Positions 19,919 to 28,875 of a stretch of DNA of 64,000 nt are shown one piece after another (position 1 is the first letter of the stretch; every line of letters starts with the position of its first letter). Both the position numbers and the translations under genes were made by a program. This DNA is from a virus (taxonomy: Duplodnaviria; Caudoviricetes). The notes below the pieces were generated by a model. The model had not been told where the DNA came from and did not search any database. It was given only the letters and a program-made list of their open reading frames with translations. The stretch is from IMG/VR virus record IMGVR_UViG_2799112265_000002, positions 41,652-105,651 of that record; one strand, given 5' to 3'.

Positions 19919-21508
19919 ATGCTCACGAAGAAGGAAATCGCCGCCCAGAACCGGGACTTCAAGGCGACACAGAGGGGCGCAGCCGCGCAGATCAAGGCGG
20001 TCACCCCGCGCGCCAACAAGAAGACGCCCGGTCCGGGAGCGTACTTCGGAAGTGGCACCCCCGTCGCTCCCAAGGACACCCCGAAGGCCTCGGAAGTCGC
20101 TCCACCGGAGGGCTCCGGCATACCCGCGGTCACCCCCAGGCAGGAGAAGAAGGCCGCGGGGGTCAAGAAGCAGTTCAACAGCATCCGCGACACCTCGACC
20201 ACGACGAAGAACCTGGCCAAGCGGCAAGCCCACGAGGCGGCCCACCCTGAGCGCTGGCAGTCCATCCAGGACCACCCGGGCGCCGGGTCGAACCCCCGCC
20301 AGTCCTACGGGCTGATGGGGAACACCGACAAGGCGCCGAACCTGCACGGCCAGCAGGAGCTGGAGGCCGTCAAGCGCGAGGGCAACACCTTCGTCTCTGA
20401 CACCTCCGCCGATGTCTGGCACGGCCAGCACACCATGAACCCGACCCGGGACATGATGCCGGTGAACAAGCGGTGGGAGGACCACACTCCGGCGGAGCAG
20501 GCTCGTGTGCTGCGCTCGGCTGCGAAGTTCGGCGTCACCCCCGACTCCGCGCACCGTGCGCTGGCGGCCCAGGTGGACCGCGCCTACGCCCACGAGGGCG
20601 GGCACCACGACTCCTTCTACAGCCCGGCCGAGGACCACACCCGCGACGGCTCCCTGAGCCCGCGTGCGCGCCTGAAGGTGTCCGCGCAGGAGAATGGCGT
20701 CCCCTTCGGCGTCCAGGCCGCTGCGAACGCCATCACGTCCCCGCAGAACGTCTTCGTGCGCCCGGACAAGAACACCGGCAAGGCCGTCTACCCGAACGAC
20801 GAGGCCGCCTCCCACGCGATCCAGTGGGCGAAGTCGGGCAGGACCGGCGAGCAGTACGAGCGGCACCCGGACTACTACGTCCCGGCCGCCGACAAGGTGA
20901 AGAAGATCGTCACCTCGAAGTCCGGGCAGAAGAAGATGGAACTGGTGAAGCGGGACGACGACCCCCGCGCGTACCCGGTCAACGGCTACCCGGCCAACGC
21001 GAAGACGGCGATCGACGTCACCCACCAGGTCCTCAACGGCAAGCAGTTGTCGGACGCGTGGAAGCCGACTGCCGGCGAGAAGGTCTCGGCGTATCACAAC
21101 TCGTGGGTCGACCCTCACGGCTCCAGCCAGTTCTGGGTGTCCGACACCCACTCCGGCGGTGGCGCTTTCGCCCCGCACCTGGAGGACAAGAAGGGCTCCG
21201 GCAGCCAGCAGGCCTACATGGGCATCAAGGGCATCCACGCCTTCCACGACCACATCGCGCGGAATGTGATGCAGGAGCGGGGCCTGAATTCGCTCACCAA
21301 CATGCAGTCCGCCCAGTGGAGCGAGGAGAAGCGGCGCCGCGGCGACAACCACGACGCATCGCTTAATACCTACGGCAAGAGCGGGCTTAATACCGAGGTC
21401 CACCCGGACCAAGGTCACCTGGAGGAGGGCGGTAGCAGCCTGTCCGCCCGCGGCATTGTTCCGAGCAGCAATGCGGTGGCCGCCGCTGTACGAGGACGGC
21501 GAAAGTAA
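19919..21508 (+). CDS. large protein with basic N-terminus and C-terminal HhH-glycosylase-like domain
   Basis: AAANAITSPQN...KVSAY...VSDTH...MQSAQW parallels ORF 40748-41383. Confidence 0.6.
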   Translation: MLTKKEIAAQNRDFKATQRGAAAQIKAVTPRANKKTPGPGAYFGSGTPVAPKDTPKASEVAPPEGSGIPAVTPRQEKKAAGVKKQFNSIRDTSTTTKNLAKRQAHEAAHPERWQSIQDHPGAGSNPRQSYGLMGNTDKAPNLHGQQELEAVKREGNTFVSDTSADVWHGQHTMNPTRDMMPVNKRWEDHTPAEQARVLRSAAKFGVTPDSAHRALAAQVDRAYAHEGGHHDSFYSPAEDHTRDGSLSPRARLKVSAQENGVPFGVQAAANAITSPQNVFVRPDKNTGKAVYPNDEAASHAIQWAKSGRTGEQYERHPDYYVPAADKVKKIVTSKSGQKKMELVKRDDDPRAYPVNGYPANAKTAIDVTHQVLNGKQLSDAWKPTAGEKVSAYHNSWVDPHGSSQFWVSDTHSGGGAFAPHLEDKKGSGSQQAYMGIKGIHAFHDHIARNVMQERGLNSLTNMQSAQWSEEKRRRGDNHDASLNTYGKSGLNTEVHPDQGHLEEGGSSLSARGIVPSSNAVAAAVRGRRK

Positions 21509-21511
21509 CCC

Positions 21512-21811
21512 ATGCAGAACGCAGATTCTGTCTACGACCGGTCGCATCCGTGGGATTCTCTTCCAGAGCGGATTCTCACGGACGCGCTCGGCGTCGCTGA
21601 CATTCCGGGCGATGTGCTCGCACTCCAGAGCGCACCGCCCCCGGTCGTCCGGCCTCTGTTTCCTCCGAGGTTCGGATACAGGGATACGGCCCTGGGTATT
21701 CAGGACGTGCTCCAGGTAGACAAGACCTACCCGTCCCCTTCGGCGAACTTCTATACCGGAACCGAGGGCGGATATTCTGGAAGTCCACGGTCAACTATTG
21801 GGGGTTTCTGA
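21512..21811 (+). CDS. hypothetical protein
   Basis: ORF tightly packed in an operon. Confidence 0.6.
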   Translation: MQNADSVYDRSHPWDSLPERILTDALGVADIPGDVLALQSAPPPVVRPLFPPRFGYRDTALGIQDVLQVDKTYPSPSANFYTGTEGGYSGSPRSTIGGF

Positions 21812-21980
21812 TGGCCGGCAAGAAGGCGCACCGGGCAGATGACAAGCGAAACTCCGGCATGTCGCACAACGTGCCTCGTACGGCACGCGCGGGTTCCGTC
21901 GGCGCCGCGAAGCCAGCAGTGATGCACTTTTTCCACGACCGGCGCAGCGGATTCAACGGAAACGGAAAGCGAGCGAGGTA

Positions 21981-22229
21981 ATGGCATACGCCCCCACGCG
22001 TTCGATGAACGCAGAACTCAACGAAGGCGCCACGGACGGCAAGTACAAGAAGATCGTCGTCGACCGCGGCGGCCTCGGTGTGGCTGACTCGGCCACCGTG
22101 CGCCATCGCGTCGACCTCTACGACGTCTGGTACGGGCGTCACGAGGACGAGGTCAAGATCCGCCCCGACGGCCAGGCCGTGCACACCCCCAACTACGTCC
22201 AGACACCACCGAGCCAGGCAGGATTCTGA
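21981..22229 (+). CDS. hypothetical protein
   Basis: GAGG RBS, typical codon usage. Confidence 0.65.
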   Translation: MAYAPTRSMNAELNEGATDGKYKKIVVDRGGLGVADSATVRHRVDLYDVWYGRHEDEVKIRPDGQAVHTPNYVQTPPSQAGF

Positions 22230-22234
22230 GTCTG

Positions 22235-23218
22235 ATGTCCCTCCACGGAGTCGACCTCTCCAACAACAACGACGCGGCGCACGTCGCGTCCGCCATCGCG
22301 AGCAAGACCAACGCCTTCATCATCGCCAAGGCATCCGAGGGTGAGCACACGGGCGACGCGAAGCACGCCGGCATCGTCAAGGCGGCCCGCACCGCACGGA
22401 AGGCCGTCGGCCACTACCACTTCGGGCACCCCACCCAGGACCCGATCACCGAGGCCAAGCACTTCCTCGCCGCTGCCGGCGCGCAGGTGGGCGAGGTCCT
22501 GGCGCTCGACCTGGAGGCCTCCGAGGGCACCTGGCACCAGCGTCTCGACTACGCGCTGAAGTTCCTGGCGTACGTGAAGGCGCAGACGAAGGCGTCTCCG
22601 CTGTTCTACACGTACACCTCGTACATCACCGGCCTGCTGTCGGTGGCGACGGCCGAGCAGGCCAAGGAGTTGAAGGCCTACCCGCTGTGGGCGGCTGACC
22701 CGAACAACCCTGCCGGTCACCCGGCTATCGAGGGCTGGGGTGTGTGGACGATCCACCAGTACGGGATCGTCAGCAACATCGACCAGAACATGCTGAACGG
22801 CGACCTTAATACCTGGAAGGCCCTGGCCATCCCGGCTCCGGCGCCCAAGCCTGCTCCGGCCCCTGCTCCGGCTCCCAAGCCGACCCCTGCTCCGGCCCCT
22901 GCTCCTGCTCCAACCCCTGTGAAGGCGTACACCATGGTCATCTTCGGTATCGGCAGTGACGCGATGACGGCCGCCGCGGCTTGCGAGTCGTTCCAGCCCA
23001 AGGGTGCGGTCGCCACAGCCCGCCTGGACGTCGCCCAGGCTGCACTGAAGGCGGGTGACCAGGTCATCGCGGTCGGCGGCCCGGCCAACACCGCGATCGG
23101 CTTCAAGCACGCCAAGGCCGGCACCGTCGCCGTCTCCGGCAAGCAGATCGCCGTCCAGGGCGCCACGGCCGGCGACTCCTACGTCCTGCTCGGCCGCTAC
23201 CTGGCCACCGGCAAGTAA
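22235..23218 (+). CDS. endolysin (GH25 muramidase, Pro-Ala linker, cell-wall-binding tail)
   Basis: GVDLS, AKASEG, GHYHF, LDLE, HQY..IDQN and a (PA)n linker. Confidence 0.9.
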   Translation: MSLHGVDLSNNNDAAHVASAIASKTNAFIIAKASEGEHTGDAKHAGIVKAARTARKAVGHYHFGHPTQDPITEAKHFLAAAGAQVGEVLALDLEASEGTWHQRLDYALKFLAYVKAQTKASPLFYTYTSYITGLLSVATAEQAKELKAYPLWAADPNNPAGHPAIEGWGVWTIHQYGIVSNIDQNMLNGDLNTWKALAIPAPAPKPAPAPAPAPKPTPAPAPAPAPTPVKAYTMVIFGIGSDAMTAAAACESFQPKGAVATARLDVAQAALKAGDQVIAVGGPANTAIGFKHAKAGTVAVSGKQIAVQGATAGDSYVLLGRYLATGK

Positions 23219-23232
23219 CACGTTCTGCAAAC

Positions 23233-23272
23233 GGCATCCCGGTTACGCCTTCCGAAGGCATAACCGGGATGC
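23233..23272 (+). terminator. long stem-loop after the endolysin
   Basis: GCATCCCGGTTAcGCCTTC-C-GAAGGCaTAACCGGGATGC followed by TATTGTTTT. Confidence 0.75.
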
Positions 23273-23313
23273 TATTGTTTTGACGGTCAACAACCCCTTG
23301 AGGAAGGACACAC

Positions 23314-23799
23314 GTGAGCGAGCACGTACGGCTGCTGCTCTGCAAGACCTGCGGCTCCCTGGAGGAACTGCCGGACTACGAGGGCGACCCCAGGAACGAC
23401 TACCTCCTCGACGCCCTGGTCAAGCGCCACCCCGACCACATCGCACACCCGATGATGCGGGTGGAGAAGAAGCACTGGGACTCCCCGTCCACCAAGGACG
23501 CGATCATCGCCCAGATCCGCGAGAAGACCGGCCACACCGGCCTCGACCCCGCGTTCTACAACGCCAAGAACACCTTCCAGGAGGACGCACACTCCTGCTG
23601 GCAGAAGCACCTGCGCAACCCCGGCTGCAACGACTACAAGACCGCGTCCAAGCGCCTCACCCCGGACACGGCCGCCGAACGCAAGGCCGCAGGCCTCCCG
23701 AAGTACCGCAGCGCCCAGGACCGCTACCTGTGCGAGTTCTGCCCCGTGCACTCCCTCGTGGTCCAGGCGGCCCGCGAGAAGGCCGGACTCTACAAGTAA
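23314..23799 (+). CDS. Cys-rich hypothetical protein
   Basis: CKTC and CEFCP; AAGGA RBS. Confidence 0.75.
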   Translation: MSEHVRLLLCKTCGSLEELPDYEGDPRNDYLLDALVKRHPDHIAHPMMRVEKKHWDSPSTKDAIIAQIREKTGHTGLDPAFYNAKNTFQEDAHSCWQKHLRNPGCNDYKTASKRLTPDTAAERKAAGLPKYRSAQDRYLCEFCPVHSLVVQAAREKAGLYK

Positions 23800-23828
23800 C
23801 CCCACCCGAACCACACTTGGAGCACAAC

Positions 23829-24209
23829 ATGCCTGACGTCCCGATCCTCGGCCAGACCTCCGCCCCGCTTAATACCGGCGACCTCACGCCCGAGCAGCGT
23901 GAGGTCCTGGCCAAGATGGCCGAGGAGAACCCGCCGGCCGAGGACGAGATCGGCACCCCCGTCACCACGGCGTTCATCGTCGCCGTCGGCCTGGACGGAG
24001 CGGTCATCGCCACCGCCGACCTCACCGAGAAGTACGTGCCCCGCCGCGGCGCCACCCCCGACGACATCTACGGCGCGGCCTCCGTCGTCCTCAAGGACCT
24101 CCAGTCCATGGAGACGGCCCAGCGCACGCAGCAGGCCATGATGATGATGGGCCAGGCCATGCAGCGACAGGCCGAAGAGCAGCGGCTGCGCGCTTCCCTC
24201 AAGATCTGA
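23829..24209 (+). CDS. hypothetical protein
   Basis: GGAG RBS upstream of ATG 23829. Confidence 0.7.
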   Translation: MPDVPILGQTSAPLNTGDLTPEQREVLAKMAEENPPAEDEIGTPVTTAFIVAVGLDGAVIATADLTEKYVPRRGATPDDIYGAASVVLKDLQSMETAQRTQQAMMMMGQAMQRQAEEQRLRASLKI

Positions 24210-24298
24210 GCGGAAATACCAACTGGAAAGCCCTCAGATTCCATTCCATAGCGGAGCGGATTCTGGGGGCTTTCCCTATTCCAGCTAGAATCGAAACC

Positions 24299-25291
24299 AT
24301 GGCCGGATACGAGTTCTACCTCAATCGAGCAACGACCCAGGGCGCCCAGCCGGATTTTCACGCCGGAGCCTCCGGGTATTTCAGCGCGCCCCAGAGCGGA
24401 CTCGACCCGCACATTTTCGACGGGGACCACATCAAGGCGGACGTCCGGGACCACATCCTCGGCGTCTTCTACCACTTCCTGGACCTCCGGTACACCGGTC
24501 GTACCAGGTGGCTGGGCGTGTGGCTCGCCGGATCCGGCATCTCCTACCAGTGGGCCGGCGACCGCGGAAACGGCGACCTGGACGTGCTCTTCGGCATCGA
24601 CTATCCAGAGTTCTGCCAGTCTAACCCGGCCTTCCAGGGAATGCCCGAGGACGAATTCGCCGACCTCCTTAATACCGACCTGAAGAAGACCCTGTGGCCC
24701 GCCACCGCGTCCACCAATTTCCACGGCCAGACGTACGAGGTCACCTACTACCTCAACCCCGGCACCACCCGGGACTCCATCGCGGCAATTCACCCCTACG
24801 CCGCCTACAACCTCACCCACGGCCGCTGGGACATCCGGCCGCCGTCCCTGCCGTCCAACCCCCGGGACCTGTACCCGGCCGAGTGGTGGAAGCACATCGA
24901 CGCCGAGCAGGCCCACGCCCACGTCCTCGTCGACCGCTACACCAAGCTGCGCTCGATGCTGGCCAGCACCCACCCCAACTCGCCGACCTTCAAGAACCTG
25001 ATCACCTCCCAGCGCCTCGTCGTCGAGCAGGCCAAGACCCTCTTCGACGACATCCACCTCGGCAGGAAGGCCGCCTTCGGTGCCGGGGGACAGGGCTACG
25101 GCGACTACGCAAACTTCCGCTGGCAGGCACACAAGGAGAGCGGCGTCGTCAACGCCCTGTCCACGCTGGCCACCGCGGACGTCGAGGCCCGCAAGGCAGC
25201 GGAGACCGAACAGTACGGGGCTCCACTCGACGACGCCGCCACGGCCCTGGCCAAGGCGGCTCTGTGGAACACCCCCTACCGGAGGTCGTAA
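24299..25291 (+). CDS. Pol-beta superfamily nucleotidyltransferase
   Basis: LAGSGISY...GDLDVL (GS...DxD) with later EVTYY. Confidence 0.7.
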   Translation: MAGYEFYLNRATTQGAQPDFHAGASGYFSAPQSGLDPHIFDGDHIKADVRDHILGVFYHFLDLRYTGRTRWLGVWLAGSGISYQWAGDRGNGDLDVLFGIDYPEFCQSNPAFQGMPEDEFADLLNTDLKKTLWPATASTNFHGQTYEVTYYLNPGTTRDSIAAIHPYAAYNLTHGRWDIRPPSLPSNPRDLYPAEWWKHIDAEQAHAHVLVDRYTKLRSMLASTHPNSPTFKNLITSQRLVVEQAKTLFDDIHLGRKAAFGAGGQGYGDYANFRWQAHKESGVVNALSTLATADVEARKAAETEQYGAPLDDAATALAKAALWNTPYRRS

Positions 25292-26142
25292 TGGCCAACC
25301 CAACCCGCAGCCCCTTCGCCGGCCCACAGTTCGAGCAGACCGCCCTGCCGGTACTGCGCGACACCCGCACGTCCCACGAGGCCAAGCAGCAGACCGCGCT
25401 GCGCGCCAAGTACCACCTGACCCGAGACATACCGCTGCACCTTCAGACGCACTACAAGCCCGGCGCGCTTAATATCTCGCATCCCGCACCCCACCCGGGC
25501 GGGATGCAGACCAAGGTCACCACCATCGGCTCCCCGCGGGACACCGACCTCATCCACGACGAGGAACGCGACAAGTACCCGCAAGCCGAGGGCCAGATGG
25601 TCATGGGCCCGCCACACAACCCGCAGCAGTTCGGACACCTGGACGGCCACGGCAACGTCGTCGACCCCAAGATCGGCGACCGCTGGTTCGCCAAGCACGG
25701 ACCGCAGATGTCCCCGGGCAACGAGACGTTCTGGAACAAGCACGCCAAGTTCCAGTCCATCAGCACCAGCTCGGTGCTGCACACCGGCCAGACCGCCTAC
25801 GAGACCGGCTCCCACTCCTACATCACCGGCCCGCTCGCCCCCGACCACCCACACGTCAAGGTGGTCATCCAGGGAGGCACCCCGTACGTCGCCGACGCAC
25901 ACCACCGCCTCGCGGAAGCCCGCGGCCGAGGAGACACCCACGTAGGCGCCCACGTCCTCAACCTGGACCAGTTCAAGCCCGAACAGGGCCCGTTCATCAC
26001 CAAGCGGACCCCCACCGAGGACATCAGCGACCACCTGGTGAAGGACCACGGCTACAGCCCGCGCTTCCTCGGCCGGGCCGACGCCTTCCACATCCACGCA
26101 GACGCGCACCGCCAGGGCCTGCACGAGCACGATCACGGGTGA
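25291..26142 (+). CDS. His-rich protein with ParB/Srx-like motif
   Basis: YVADAHHRLAEARGRG resembles the ParB-N DGHHR motif. Confidence 0.55.
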   Translation: MANPTRSPFAGPQFEQTALPVLRDTRTSHEAKQQTALRAKYHLTRDIPLHLQTHYKPGALNISHPAPHPGGMQTKVTTIGSPRDTDLIHDEERDKYPQAEGQMVMGPPHNPQQFGHLDGHGNVVDPKIGDRWFAKHGPQMSPGNETFWNKHAKFQSISTSSVLHTGQTAYETGSHSYITGPLAPDHPHVKVVIQGGTPYVADAHHRLAEARGRGDTHVGAHVLNLDQFKPEQGPFITKRTPTEDISDHLVKDHGYSPRFLGRADAFHIHADAHRQGLHEHDHG

Positions 26143-26148
26143 CCCGAC

Positions 26149-26643
26149 ATGACAGCAACCGTAGCCATCGTCATCGAAGGCGTGCTGATGCGGGAAGTCG
26201 GAGACGCCGTCATCACCCAGGGCCAGCGCCTGTACTGGGGCCTGATGGAGTCCTACAAGGTCGCCCTGATCACCGATGACACCGACGTCGAGCCGGTCCA
26301 GCACTGGCTGAAGGTAAACGGCTTCAACAAGCACCCCTACCTCATCCCGGCACACCTCAAGGACCCCGAGGACGAGGGCCAGCGAAGGCTCAAGCAGATC
26401 TCCCGCCTGCGACAGGCCGGCTGCAACGTCGAGCTGGTCATCGAGCCCAACCCGCAGATCGCCGCCTACCTCATGGCCCACGGCATCGGGGTCCTCAACT
26501 ACCTGCACCCCAACTACAGCAACCCCCGGTTCCGCCCCGACTACCAGGACACCGTCACCCCCTGGTCCGAGCTGGTCGGCGAGGTGGAGCGGCAGCGAGC
26601 ACTACGCGAAGAAGACCCGAGACAACACATGGAGATCCTGTGA
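26149..26643 (+). CDS. degenerate HAD-fold protein
   Basis: VAIVIEGVL (HAD motif I-like, no Asp), ALITD, WLKVNG, VIEPNP. Confidence 0.5.
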   Translation: MTATVAIVIEGVLMREVGDAVITQGQRLYWGLMESYKVALITDDTDVEPVQHWLKVNGFNKHPYLIPAHLKDPEDEGQRRLKQISRLRQAGCNVELVIEPNPQIAAYLMAHGIGVLNYLHPNYSNPRFRPDYQDTVTPWSELVGEVERQRALREEDPRQHMEIL

Positions 26644-26930
26644 CCGTCCCCCTGGTGATCGAGATCGCCCGCACGCTCAACGCCCTCGTCGGAGCGGCCT
26701 TCTCGGCCCTGCTCCTGCGGGCCACCCTCCCCGTCTGGCGCCAGCTCGGCGCCGCGGAGAAGTGGCTGGCCGCCGCCCTGTTCATCTACAGCGCCAACGT
26801 GTGCGTCTTCAGCGCCTTGTTCTGGACCTCGCCGACCTCCGGACGGTCCTGGATCAACGTCGGCTTCCTCATCAGCCTCCTCGCCGCGCACCGCTACCTC
26901 TACTTCGTCCGGAGGGACACCAGACCATGA
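26640..26930 (+). CDS. membrane protein with three helices (holin-like candidate)
   Basis: Three hydrophobic segments in 96 aa. Confidence 0.55.
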   Translation: MTVPLVIEIARTLNALVGAAFSALLLRATLPVWRQLGAAEKWLAAALFIYSANVCVFSALFWTSPTSGRSWINVGFLISLLAAHRYLYFVRRDTRP

Positions 26931-28849
26931 ACGTCGGAAACATCAGCGCCATCGCCAACGGGTTCACATCGAGACTGAACCGGCTCCAGTTCCCGAACAA
27001 CCCCCGCCCCGCCGCACAGCGCAGCACAGGCGGTCAGAACGCCCCCCAGAAGACCGCCGCACCGGCATCCAACCCTGGACAGGCCACCGCCGGCCCTGGC
27101 CGCGCCCGAGCCAACACCAGCGCCCCAGCCGCAGCCCCGGCCCCCGCCGGCCGCTCCCGCGCCAACACCCCGGCCCCGGCACCGTCCGCCGGCACGCGCC
27201 CTCGCCCCAACGCCCCGACGCCCACGGTCACCGCAGGAGACTTCCACTTCCAGCAGGCGATGGCCCGCTCGGCCGATCTGCTCCACCGAACGGACCGGAC
27301 GAAGGCCAAGTCCCCCGAGGGCAAGTCCATCATGCGTGACGCCGACCGCGCCCGCGGAAGGGACTACGGCACCCTCGTCGCCCAGGACCGCGCGAACGTG
27401 GCAGGCGCCAGGGCCGACCTCAACTCCCACTTCGACGCTGTCAAGACGGAGATCTTCCGCAGCCACGTGTCCCGCACAGCGCAGCCGACCCCAACCCCTC
27501 AGCCGGCTTCTCCCGCGCAGCCGTCCCCGGCACCGAAGAAGGTTGCTGCGGCTCCCGTCCAGGGGTCGCAGAAGCCCTCCCCGGCTCCGGCGCCGGCCCC
27601 TGGCCGCGGAGCGGCGAAGCCCAAGCAGGTTCCAACCTCCCCGGTGAACAGCGACCAGCAGTTCGACCAGAAGAACTACGCCCCGGCCGCCACGGCCGCT
27701 CCGCGTCCGACCCGGAAGTACACCCCTCCGCAGCCCGAGGCGCCAGCCGGAGGCATGCCGGCCGCACCCGCCAAGCCGAAGCCTGCCCAGAAGGCCACTC
27801 CGACGGTCAAGGCACCTGCCGTCCCGGAGCGCCTGTACTCCTCGGATTACGGCGGTACGAAGGTGAAGGTCCAGGTGACCACGCCGGAGCACACCCGGGA
27901 CGACGCCCAGACGTGGAAGGAGGTCGAGAAGGCCTACCCCAACGCGGAGTCCATCAGGGTCCACCACGCCGGTGGCACCTACTCCCTCATGAAGATGCGC
28001 GGCAACGCCCCGGAGCACTCCTCCAGCGCCATCAAGGGCCGCGAGGCGCTGATCCCGGACCTGCCTCGGAAGGAACGTTTCGCCAAGGGCAAGCCCGCCG
28101 CTCCCCGCGCCGAGGAGACCCCGGAGCACACCCGGTTCGAGGCGGGAGAGGGACAGATGGCCTTCGGGGACGAGCCTGCCGGTAAGCCCCCGAAGAAGGT
28201 GGAGGGCGTGAAGATGGCGGCCTCCAAGCGCCCGCAGACCTCGAAGTGGGGAGGCCTGCGACAGGAGAAGCCGACGCCCCCGCCCGTGCAGGTGCACCCC
28301 AAGCCGAAGGCGACCGTCCCGGCTCCGGTGAAGAACCCCCAGCAGTTCCCGTCGAGCGACGAGTTCAACAGCATGCTGAACGACGTCGTCAACGAGTCCA
28401 AGGCCCCGGCTGCTCCCGCCGAGCAGCCTGCCGCTTTGGCCAAGGCCGGGGTGCGCGAGACGCGGCTGAAGATAGGCGGTAAGGAGCAGGTCATCCGCAC
28501 CGTCCACAACGGATCCACGGCGCAGTTGGAGGCCAAGCACACCCGGGCCGTGAAGGCGGCTCTGGCGAAGGCGCACGAACCCGAGGTGACGGCAGCGCAG
28601 CGCAGCCTGGACTCTGCCACCGCGATCGGCGCCAACAAGTCGACCATCGCCTCCCGCAAGTCGGAACTGGCCCAGGCGAAGCGGAAGGCCGCCGGATACA
28701 ACCACGTCGACCCGTTCACCACGGCAGCCAAGGCGAAGCCCGCGAAGGTCCGGTACACGACCGAGGTGCCCGAGCACCTGAAGCCGTTCATGGGCGACGG
28801 CCCGGACGACCCGAACCAGTCCCGGTTCTACGGGATCGGCAAGAAGTAA
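26927..28849 (+). CDS. Pro/Ala/Lys-rich low-complexity protein
   Basis: About 640-aa open frame with GGAGG RBS. Confidence 0.7.
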   Translation: MNVGNISAIANGFTSRLNRLQFPNNPRPAAQRSTGGQNAPQKTAAPASNPGQATAGPGRARANTSAPAAAPAPAGRSRANTPAPAPSAGTRPRPNAPTPTVTAGDFHFQQAMARSADLLHRTDRTKAKSPEGKSIMRDADRARGRDYGTLVAQDRANVAGARADLNSHFDAVKTEIFRSHVSRTAQPTPTPQPASPAQPSPAPKKVAAAPVQGSQKPSPAPAPAPGRGAAKPKQVPTSPVNSDQQFDQKNYAPAATAAPRPTRKYTPPQPEAPAGGMPAAPAKPKPAQKATPTVKAPAVPERLYSSDYGGTKVKVQVTTPEHTRDDAQTWKEVEKAYPNAESIRVHHAGGTYSLMKMRGNAPEHSSSAIKGREALIPDLPRKERFAKGKPAAPRAEETPEHTRFEAGEGQMAFGDEPAGKPPKKVEGVKMAASKRPQTSKWGGLRQEKPTPPPVQVHPKPKATVPAPVKNPQQFPSSDEFNSMLNDVVNESKAPAAPAEQPAALAKAGVRETRLKIGGKEQVIRTVHNGSTAQLEAKHTRAVKAALAKAHEPEVTAAQRSLDSATAIGANKSTIASRKSELAQAKRKAAGYNHVDPFTTAAKAKPAKVRYTTEVPEHLKPFMGDGPDDPNQSRFYGIGKK

Positions 28850-28875
28850 CCCAACGAGATTCGGAGAAACAACCC

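Noticed and set aside
22830-22920. Tandem CCGGCTCC-like repeats
   Set aside because: Explained by the Pro-Ala linker of the endolysin.
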